From positions 32,001-96,000 of the forward strand of contig CAVPCQ010000021.1 in the NCBI GenBank assembly GCA_963702425.1: DNA of 64,000 nt, in the 5' to 3' direction. Positions 9,270 to 16,728 of this stretch are shown piece by piece. The stretch is from an uncultured Acidobacteriota bacterium (GTDB lineage Bacteria > Acidobacteriota > Polarisedimenticolia > J045). A program made the position numbers and the translations under genes. The notes beneath the pieces were generated by a model, which worked only from the letters and a program-made list of their open reading frames with translations, made no database searches and was not told the DNA's origin. Each line of letters begins with the position of its first letter. Within the stretch, counting starts at the first letter, position 1.

Positions 9270-11159
9270 ATGAGACTCGTCGCCCGCATCGCGCCGTTCG
9301 CCCGCATCGCCCGGGAGTTCGCCCTGGCGGGCGTCCTGCTCGCGGTCGCGGTCGCAGCCGCGGGCGGGACCGCGCCGGTCCGCGCGGCCGTCCAGCCCCC
9401 CGTCCTGAAATGGCAGAAGGGTGGCTGCTTCTCGAGCTGGTGCGAGACCGGCTGGTACTCGTCGCCCGCCGTCGCCGACCTCGACCGCGACGGCACGCCG
9501 GAGGTGATCGCTTCCGCCTACTCGATCGTCGCCCTCGACGGCCGCACCGGCGCGCTGGAGTGGCGGATCAGCTCGGGCCACGACCGCTCCCAGCCCGGCG
9601 CGTCGAACGTCGGCCGGACCTGGCCGGGGATCGTCGCTGCCGACCTCGACGGCGACGGCAGCGTCGAGATCGCCGCTGCGCACTCCGGCGGCTGGGTCTC
9701 GGTCTACGACGCGCAGGGCTACTTCAAGGCCGGCTGGCCGCGCCAGCCGACGACCTCCGAGCTGCGCGGCCTCGCCGTCCACGACCTCGATGGAGACGGC
9801 CGGCTGGAGGTGATCGTCACCGCGGCGATCGGCTCGCAGACCAACACGTGGATCTACAGCGCCGGGGGCGTGCTGCGCGCCGGCTGGCCGCAGCTCGCGA
9901 GCGGTGCGCCGGGCTACGCCTGGGGCGTCTACAACGCCAACGCCGCCGCCGGCGACCTGGACGGCGACGGCACCGGCGAGATCGTCGTCCCCTCCGATGT
10001 CCACTACCTCTGCGCCTACGAGGCCAACGGCCAGCCGATCCCGGCCAGCACCGTCTTCGGTGCCGGAAAAGTCTGGGGCCAGGTGGGCGTGTGGGAGAGC
10101 CAGGTCCCCGAGCTGCGCGGATGGGGCGCCTGCGACGGCGTGCGCGCCGAGAGCTACCGCACCAACTTCGCCGACGGCGCGGCGGTGCTGGCGGACCTCG
10201 ACGGCGACGGCACGCTCGAGGTCGTCGTCACCGGCAACACCTACGACTGCTCGCGCGATCCGTACCTCAGCCGCTACCACGGCGTGCACCTTTTCAACCG
10301 CGACCGCAGCCGCTACAACAAGGCGGGCCGCGACTGGCGCTCGCCCCCGGTCGACACCGGCGCGCCGATAGCGGAGGACTACAACACGATCGAGTCGGCC
10401 GAGCCGAACCCTGCCGTCGCCGACCTCGACGGCGACGGGACGAAGGAGATCGTCTACAGCGCGTACGACGGCCGCGTGCACGCCTTCTGGCTGGACAAGA
10501 CCGAGCACGGGAGCTGGCCCTACGCGATCTACCGCACAGCGGACGGCTTCTTCCGCTTCGCTTCCGAGCCGGCGATCGCCGACCTCGACGCCGACGGCAA
10601 GGCCGAGGTGATCGTCGCCTCCTGGACGCAGAAGGGGAGCAACGCCTACGGCCGGCTCACGATCCTCTCGTGGGACGGCAAGCTGCTGCAGCAGGTCGAC
10701 CTCCCCGCGCCGTTCGGCGGCGGCGACTGGAACGGCGCGCTGGCCGGCCCGACGCTGGCCAACCTCGACGGCGACGCGGACCTCGAGGTGGTGCTCAACA
10801 CGGCGCACAGCGGCCTCGTCGCCTACGACCTGCCCGGCACGGCCGGCGCGCGCGTGCTGTGGGGCTCCGGGCGCGGCGGGTTCCTGCGCGGCGGGGCCTG
10901 CGCGCAGCCGCGGCCGGCCGAGATCCGCGACTCGCTGCACGTCACGCGGAGCGGCACGGCCGACATCCGCCTCGCGTGGGGCGCGGCGGCGGGCGCGATC
11001 AGCTACCGCGCGTACCGCTCGACTTCGGCGCAGATGAGCGGCGCGACGCGGATCGGCGAGACGGCGGCGCTCGTCCTGCTCGATCTCGGCGCGCAGCGGG
11101 ACGGCGTCCGGGCGGTCTTCTACCAGGTGCGCGGCGCCAACGGGTGCGGGGTGGAGTAG
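9270..11159 (+). CDS. Secreted FG-GAP/VCBS repeat beta-propeller protein with shortened C-terminal FN3-like tail
   Basis: Signal peptide followed by about 8 repeats of ADLDGDGxxEI/VV (Ca-binding FG-GAP); start ATG 9270 inside ORF 8412..11159. Confidence 0.85.
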   Translation: MRLVARIAPFARIAREFALAGVLLAVAVAAAGGTAPVRAAVQPPVLKWQKGGCFSSWCETGWYSSPAVADLDRDGTPEVIASAYSIVALDGRTGALEWRISSGHDRSQPGASNVGRTWPGIVAADLDGDGSVEIAAAHSGGWVSVYDAQGYFKAGWPRQPTTSELRGLAVHDLDGDGRLEVIVTAAIGSQTNTWIYSAGGVLRAGWPQLASGAPGYAWGVYNANAAAGDLDGDGTGEIVVPSDVHYLCAYEANGQPIPASTVFGAGKVWGQVGVWESQVPELRGWGACDGVRAESYRTNFADGAAVLADLDGDGTLEVVVTGNTYDCSRDPYLSRYHGVHLFNRDRSRYNKAGRDWRSPPVDTGAPIAEDYNTIESAEPNPAVADLDGDGTKEIVYSAYDGRVHAFWLDKTEHGSWPYAIYRTADGFFRFASEPAIADLDADGKAEVIVASWTQKGSNAYGRLTILSWDGKLLQQVDLPAPFGGGDWNGALAGPTLANLDGDADLEVVLNTAHSGLVAYDLPGTAGARVLWGSGRGGFLRGGACAQPRPAEIRDSLHVTRSGTADIRLAWGAAAGAISYRAYRSTSAQMSGATRIGETAALVLLDLGAQRDGVRAVFYQVRGANGCGVE

Positions 11160-11160
11160 G
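11141..11160 (+). repeat. 20-bp direct repeat, copy 1 (CGGGTGCGGGGTGGAGTAGG)
   Basis: Exact match to 11887..11906; includes the stop codon of the FG-GAP gene. Confidence 0.85.
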
Positions 11161-11341
11161 GCCGGGCGTCTTGTGCCAGCGGCTCTTGGCGGCTCTGTCG
11201 ACGCTCAACTGAATCGGTCTCCGGGATCCCCGGGGCGGCTTACCTCTCCGCCTCCGACCGATTCACGCGAATCGGCAGGTGTACACTCCGCGCGTTCGGA
11301 TCCGCCTGCCCGTGCAGCGAAGCGTCGAGGAAGGAGCCGCC

Positions 11342-11719
11342 ATGAGTGAACAGGGGCCGCCGCCCATCCCGCCCATTCCACCCACTCCGCCTCCGCCCGC
11401 CCCAGACCCGAGCAACCGTACGATCATGTTGATCCTGGCCTACCTCGGGCCGCTCGCACTGGTTCCGTTGCTCACGGAGAAGGACGACCGCGAGGTGCAA
11501 TGGCACGCGAAACACGGCCTGGTGCAGCTCGCTGCGTTCCTGATCGCCTTTGTCGCGCTGAGCGTCCTCAGCTCGATCGGCATCCTCTGCGTCTTCGCGA
11601 TCTTCATCCCGTTCATCGGGCTGGCCTGGATGATCGTCACCATCGTGTCGATCGTGACGGCGCTGAACGGGCAGCGGTTCATCATCCCGGGGATCTCGCA
11701 GTTCGCCGACAGGTTCTGA
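11342..11719 (+). CDS. DUF4870-like small membrane protein
   Basis: AAGGAG RBS; Pro-rich N-terminus, LAYLGPLALVPLL.EKDD.EVQWHAKHGL, three TM segments, IPGISQFADRF. Confidence 0.8.
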   Translation: MSEQGPPPIPPIPPTPPPPAPDPSNRTIMLILAYLGPLALVPLLTEKDDREVQWHAKHGLVQLAAFLIAFVALSVLSSIGILCVFAIFIPFIGLAWMIVTIVSIVTALNGQRFIIPGISQFADRF

Positions 11720-11832
11720 GCCGGGATCGCCACCGCTCGCGCCGGACCCCGCATCCACGGACGCAGAGTGGCCTGTCGATCGGCGGCCGCGCCGCGGTGC
11801 GACGCCGCTCCTGGAGTATCCCTGAAGCTGTC

Positions 11833-11906
11833 GTGAGCGTGCCCTACCGCGACTGCGTCGCCCGCTTCTACGACATCGTCTACGCGCGGGTGCGGGGTGG
11901 AGTAGG
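11833..11906 (+). pseudogene. Possible 5' remnant of a class I SAM methyltransferase gene
   Basis: Reads VSVPYRDCVARFYDIVYARVRGGV, resembling methyltransferase N-termini (ARFYDxxY); becomes uninformative right at the 20-bp repeat. Confidence 0.3.
11887..11906 (+). repeat. 20-bp direct repeat, copy 2
   Basis: Identical to 11141..11160; followed by a GGCCCC-TTCG-GGGGCC hairpin (11915..11930). Confidence 0.85.
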
Positions 11907-11990
11907 CGCCCGGCGGCCCCTTCGGGGGCCCCCTTCGCCCGGCGCGGCGGCTCGGGGTAGCCTTCCCGTTCCCGCGGAGGCTTCCCCACC

Positions 11991-13496
11991 GTGTTCCCCC
12001 TGGGCCCGAGGTCAGTCGTCGCCGCGCTCGCCCTGCTCGCCGCCACCTGCGCCGGGTGCCGCGCGGATGCGCCCGGAGCGCCGGCCCCGGCAGCACCCGA
12101 GCCGCCCGACATGCCGGCCGCGGCCCCCCTGCCCGCCCGCGTCCAGGACGCCGCGACCCGCATCATCGAGGCTGCGCGCAAGGACGAGGTCTCCTACCGC
12201 CGCCTGCAGGAGTTGTGCGACCGGATCGGCCACCGCTCGGCCGGGACCCCGTCCTACGACCGCGCCGCGGCCTGGGCAGTCGAGCAGCTCCGGGCCTTCG
12301 GGATGTCCAACCCGCGCCTGGAGAACGTCCCGATCAACCGCTGGGTCCGCGGCCGCGAGTCGCTGACGCTGCTGACGCCGGGCGGCCCGCGCCCGATCCC
12401 GATGCTCGGGCTGGGCAAGAGCGTCGGCACGCCGCCGGAAGGGATCGCCGGCGAGGTCGTCGTGGTCCGCGACTTCGACGAGCTGGAGCGCGTCAAGGAC
12501 ACGGTCAAGGGGAAGATCGTCCTCTACAACTTCCCGATGAGGGAGCAGGGCGACGGGTTCGGCGGCTACGGCGAGGCCGTCGCCTACCGCACCGGTGGCG
12601 CCAGCCGCGCCGCGCAGCACGGGGCGATCGCCGCGCTGGTGCGCTCGGTGACGACGCGCAGCATGCGCACGCCGCACACCGGCATGATGAGCTACCAGGA
12701 CGATGTCCCGAGGATCCCCGCCGCCGCGATCCCGATCGAGGACGCGATCATGTTTCAGCGGCTCTTCGACCGCGGCGACAAGCCGACCGTCCGGCTCTTC
12801 ATGGAGGCGAAGAACCTCCCCGACGGCCCCAGCCCGAACGTCCTGGCCGAGCTGCCGGGGCGCGAGAAGCCGGAGGAGATCGTCGTCATCGGCGCACACC
12901 TCGACTCGTGGGACGTCGGTTGCGGCGCGCACGATGACGGCGCGGGGGTGACGATGGCGATCGACGCCGCGCGCCTGCTCGGGGAGCTGGGGCTCACCCC
13001 GCGGCGGACCGTGCGGGTCGTGCTCTTCACCAACGAAGAGCGCGGCGTCGACGGCGGCCGCGGTTACGCCGAGCTGCACCGCGCCGAGGCCGGCCGCCAC
13101 TTCGCCGCCTTCGAGACCGACAGCGGCGGCTTCCGCCCCAATCGCATCGGCGTCGGCGCGACCGATGACGCCGTCGCGATGGTCCAGCGCTATGCGCCGC
13201 TGTTCGAGACGCTCGGCCCGGTCGAAATCCGGAAGGGTGGGGGCGGCGCCGACATCTCCTTCCTCGGGAAGGACGGCGTCCCGCAGCTCGGCCTGGGGAC
13301 GGAGAGCGGGCACTACTTCGACTACCACCACAGCGACGCCGACACGGTCGACAAGGTCGACCCGAACGACTACCGCGAGTCGCTCGCCGCGTTCACGCTG
13401 ATGACTTACGTGCTGGCCGAGATGGACGAGACGCTGCCGCGCACGCCGCCGCCCGCGCCCGCACCGCCGCCGCCCGCGCCGGGAGGCGGCCGGTGA
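11991..13496 (+). CDS. M28 family (carboxypeptidase Q-like) metallopeptidase, probable lipoprotein
   Basis: Lipobox CAGC; PA domain VKGKIVLYN; IGAHLDSWDVG.GAHDDG, FTNEE.G, ETDSG, YFDYHH. Confidence 0.9.
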   Translation: MFPLGPRSVVAALALLAATCAGCRADAPGAPAPAAPEPPDMPAAAPLPARVQDAATRIIEAARKDEVSYRRLQELCDRIGHRSAGTPSYDRAAAWAVEQLRAFGMSNPRLENVPINRWVRGRESLTLLTPGGPRPIPMLGLGKSVGTPPEGIAGEVVVVRDFDELERVKDTVKGKIVLYNFPMREQGDGFGGYGEAVAYRTGGASRAAQHGAIAALVRSVTTRSMRTPHTGMMSYQDDVPRIPAAAIPIEDAIMFQRLFDRGDKPTVRLFMEAKNLPDGPSPNVLAELPGREKPEEIVVIGAHLDSWDVGCGAHDDGAGVTMAIDAARLLGELGLTPRRTVRVVLFTNEERGVDGGRGYAELHRAEAGRHFAAFETDSGGFRPNRIGVGATDDAVAMVQRYAPLFETLGPVEIRKGGGGADISFLGKDGVPQLGLGTESGHYFDYHHSDADTVDKVDPNDYRESLAAFTLMTYVLAEMDETLPRTPPPAPAPPPPAPGGGR

Positions 13497-14515
13497 GCCA
13501 CGCGCTGAGTGCCGTATCCGCCGGTCCGCGCGCCGTATCCGCCGGCCCGCGCAGCGCCGCCGCCGCGCTCGCCGCCGCGCTCGCCGCCGCCCTCCTCCTG
13601 CTCGCCCCCGCCTGCACCCCGCACGAGCACACGACCGGCCCGCGCGCCGTTTCCCCCGAGGCCCCGCTGCGCGTCGCGGTCACGATCCGCCCTCTCGAGA
13701 TGATCGTGCGCGAGCTGGTCGACCCGGCCGACGCGGCGCTGGTCCGGATCGATACGCTCATCCCTGTCGAGTCGACCCCGCACGGCTTCGACCCGCCTCC
13801 GGCGCAGGTCGCGGCGCTCGAGAAGTCCGACCTCGCGGTCTCAGTCGGCTACGGGCTCGACACCTGGGCCGAGAAGGTCCGCACCGGCCGCCCGCTCGTC
13901 GTCTTCGCGTCGCTCGAATCGACGCTGGACGGCACGGCAGCCCCCGCGGACGGCATGCCGCCCCACGCCCACCCGACGCACCACCCGGCCGCCGACCCGC
14001 ACCTGTGGCTCGACCCGTCGCTGGTCGCGCCGCTGGCCCGGGCAGTGACGGCGGCACTGAAGGCGCAACTCGCGCCGGGCGCGGAGAGCGCGGCGCTGGC
14101 GGCGCGGCTCGACACGCGGCTGGCCCGCTTCCTCGACGTCGTGGCGCGCACGGACGAGCTGACCCGCACGACGCTGGCGCCATACCAGGGGCGGGGCGTC
14201 GTCACTTTCCACGACTCGCTCCACCGCTACGCCGACCGCTACGGCCTGGTCATCGCGGCGGTGCTCAAACCGATCGAGGGGGTCGAGCCCGCCCCGGCCG
14301 ACCTGCGCCAGACGATCGACGAGGTCAAAGACCACGGGATCACGACCCTCTTCGTCGAGCCGGAGTACCCGACCACCGCGGCCGAGCGCGTGGCCGACCA
14401 GTCGGGGGTGCGGTTGATGTCGATCGACACGCTCGGCCTGCACGCAAACGACTGGCCGCAGATGATGGAGGTCCTGGCGCGGACGCTGGCCGAGGGGATC
14501 GGTGACCAGCCCTGA
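13493..14515 (+). CDS. Zn/Mn ABC transporter substrate-binding lipoprotein (ZnuA-like)
   Basis: Lipobox LAPAC; TPHGFDP, His-rich loop, DPHLWLDP, TFHDSLHRYA. Confidence 0.9.
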   Translation: MSHALSAVSAGPRAVSAGPRSAAAALAAALAAALLLLAPACTPHEHTTGPRAVSPEAPLRVAVTIRPLEMIVRELVDPADAALVRIDTLIPVESTPHGFDPPPAQVAALEKSDLAVSVGYGLDTWAEKVRTGRPLVVFASLESTLDGTAAPADGMPPHAHPTHHPAADPHLWLDPSLVAPLARAVTAALKAQLAPGAESAALAARLDTRLARFLDVVARTDELTRTTLAPYQGRGVVTFHDSLHRYADRYGLVIAAVLKPIEGVEPAPADLRQTIDEVKDHGITTLFVEPEYPTTAAERVADQSGVRLMSIDTLGLHANDWPQMMEVLARTLAEGIGDQP

Positions 14516-15302
14516 GGGCGCGCCGCTCGCGGCGCTTCCCGCCGCGAAGCCGGCCGTCGCCCTGGCCGGCGCGAGCTACACCTACCCGCGCGGACAAGTC
14601 GCCCTGGAAGACGTCCACCTCGACGTGCCGCCGGGCACGCGGCTCGGAATCTTCGGCCCGAACGGCGGCGGCAAGTCGACGCTGCTGCGGCTCGTGCTCG
14701 GGCTGCTGTCGCCCCAGGAGGGGCGCGTCGAGGTCTTCGGGCGCCCGCCGCACGACGCGGTCCGCGACGGCCTCGTCGGCTACGTCGCGCAGCGCCAGGC
14801 CGCGGAGCTGCGCGCGCCCCTGTCGGTCCGGCAGGTCGTGGCGATGACGGCGGCCCACGGCGTCCCCGCCTGGGCCCCGCTGTCGCGCGCCGCCACCGAG
14901 CGCGTGGAACGCGTGATGGAACTCGCCGGCGTCGCCGACCTGGCCGATCGGCCGATCGGGGCGCTCTCCGGCGGCCAGCAGCAGCGCGTCTTCATCGCGC
15001 GCGCACTGGCCGGCGCGCCGCGCCTGCTGCTGCTCGACGAGCCGACGGTAGGGATCGACCGCTCCGGGCGCGAGCGCTTCGCCGGGTTGCTCTCCGCCGC
15101 CCGCGCGGAGCTTGGCGTCACGCTGCTGCTCGTCACCCACAACCTCCAACTGATCGCGGCGACGTGCGATCGGATCGCCGTGCTGGCGCGCACGCTCCAC
15201 TACCACGACACGCCGGGCGGCCTGACGCCCGAGGTCCTGACCGAGGTCTTCCGCCACGACATCGCGCACGACTGGTCCGAGGACACGGGAGGCGACGGGT
15301 GA
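14502..15302 (+). CDS. Zn/Mn ABC transporter ATP-binding protein (ZnuC-like)
   Basis: GPNGGGKST, LSGGQQQRVFIARAL, LLLDEPTVGID. Confidence 0.9.
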   Translation: MTSPEGAPLAALPAAKPAVALAGASYTYPRGQVALEDVHLDVPPGTRLGIFGPNGGGKSTLLRLVLGLLSPQEGRVEVFGRPPHDAVRDGLVGYVAQRQAAELRAPLSVRQVVAMTAAHGVPAWAPLSRAATERVERVMELAGVADLADRPIGALSGGQQQRVFIARALAGAPRLLLLDEPTVGIDRSGRERFAGLLSAARAELGVTLLLVTHNLQLIAATCDRIAVLARTLHYHDTPGGLTPEVLTEVFRHDIAHDWSEDTGGDG

Positions 15303-16189
15303 TCGCGGCGCTCAAGACGCTCGAGTACCTGTCGTTCGATTTCGCGCGGCAGGGGCTGGTGACGGCGCTCGCCGTCGCGACGGCCTCGGCGGCGCTCTCG
15401 TACTTCGTCGTGATCCGCCGGCTGTCGTTCGTCGCCCAGGGGGTGAGCCACGCGGCCTTCGGCGGCCTCGGGATCGCGGCGATCCTGGGGCTGTCGGCGC
15501 TGGCCGGGGACGCGGTCGTCTTCGCCTTCTGCGTCGCCTCGGCGCTGGCGATCGGCGTGCTCGCCGCCTCGCGCACGACGCGCGAGGACGCGGCGATCGG
15601 GATCGTGCTGGTGGCGGCGATGGCGGCCGGAATCCTGCTGCTCTCGCTGCGCCAGAGCCTGCTGCGATTCGACTGGTACCGCGACTGGCTGGGCTCCGCG
15701 GCCGGGCCGGTGAGCTGGGAGGCGATCCTGTTCGGCTCGGTCCAGACCGCGGGACCGAGCGGCGTCGTCGCGTCGGTGGCCGCGGCAGCGGTCGTCGTCG
15801 GGCTCCTGGCGTGGCACCGCCGCGCGCTGATCTTCTACACCTTCGACGAGCTGGCGGCCGAAGCGGCCGGGATCCCGACCGCCCGGATGCGGGCGCTGCT
15901 GATGGTGCTGTTGGCGCTCGTGATCGTGGTCGGGATGCGGCTGGTCGGCGTCGTGCTGATCTCGGCGCTGCTCGTCCTTCCCGGCGCAACCGCGCTCCAC
16001 CTGACGCGCCGCCTCGCGCCGGCGTTCGCGCTGTCCTGGGCCGCCGCCGTCATTGGCGTCCTCGGCGGCCTGGTCTTCTCGTTCGAGTTCGACGCGCTGC
16101 GGCTGCCTTCGGGTCCGTGCATCGTGCTGGTGCTGGTGCTCGAGTTCGCGCTGGCGGCGCTGGTCTCGCGCGCACGCCGTCACGCGTAG
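15299..16189 (+). CDS. Zn/Mn ABC transporter permease (ZnuB-like)
   Basis: GTG start overlapping the upstream stop; GVSHAAFGG, ILFGS, TFDELAA, GVVLISALLVLP. Confidence 0.9.
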   Translation: MIAALKTLEYLSFDFARQGLVTALAVATASAALSYFVVIRRLSFVAQGVSHAAFGGLGIAAILGLSALAGDAVVFAFCVASALAIGVLAASRTTREDAAIGIVLVAAMAAGILLLSLRQSLLRFDWYRDWLGSAAGPVSWEAILFGSVQTAGPSGVVASVAAAAVVVGLLAWHRRALIFYTFDELAAEAAGIPTARMRALLMVLLALVIVVGMRLVGVVLISALLVLPGATALHLTRRLAPAFALSWAAAVIGVLGGLVFSFEFDALRLPSGPCIVLVLVLEFALAALVSRARRHA

Positions 16190-16590
16190 ACGAATTCCAC
16201 ATCGACCACCGTGTCCGGTCCCAGCGACGCCTTGACCGGGCACCCCAGCGCCGCGGCCTCCAGCACCGGCCGCGCCGCCGCCGGCACGCCCGGGGGCATC
16301 GTAATCGTGACGGAGAGGCGCGCGATGTGACGCCGCGGGACCGCCGACATCTCCTTGATGACCTCGGCCCGCGTCCCCTCGATCGCCCAGCCGCGCGCCC
16401 GCGCCGCGATCCCCATGATCGTCACCATGCAGGTGATCATCGCGGTCCCGACCAGGTCGGTCGGCGAGAAGTGACGCCCCTGGCCCTGGTTGTCGGTCGG
16501 CGCGTCGGTGAGCATCGCGTCGCCCGACGGGCCGTGGACCGCGCGGCAGATCAGATCCCCTTCATAGATCGCTTCGACGCGAACACTCAT
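16180..16590 (-). CDS. OsmC family protein
   Basis: MSVRVEAIYEGDLICRAVHGPSG..LTDAPTDNQG.G..FSPTDL..C, CPVKASL (C-terminal part of ORF 16180..19041). Confidence 0.88.
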   Translation of the reverse strand: MSVRVEAIYEGDLICRAVHGPSGDAMLTDAPTDNQGQGRHFSPTDLVGTAMITCMVTIMGIAARARGWAIEGTRAEVIKEMSAVPRRHIARLSVTITMPPGVPAAARPVLEAAALGCPVKASLGPDTVVDVEFVYA

Positions 16591-16728
16591 GGAACCCTCC
16601 GATCGCCGGGAATTTCGGCGATCTGTTTCGACACGGTCGCAACAGACGATTCCTGTGACATTACGCAAGCCGATGCGGTGCAACGGGCGCACTCTAGCCG
16701 AGCCCGGTCCCTTTCCGTGGAGGCGATC

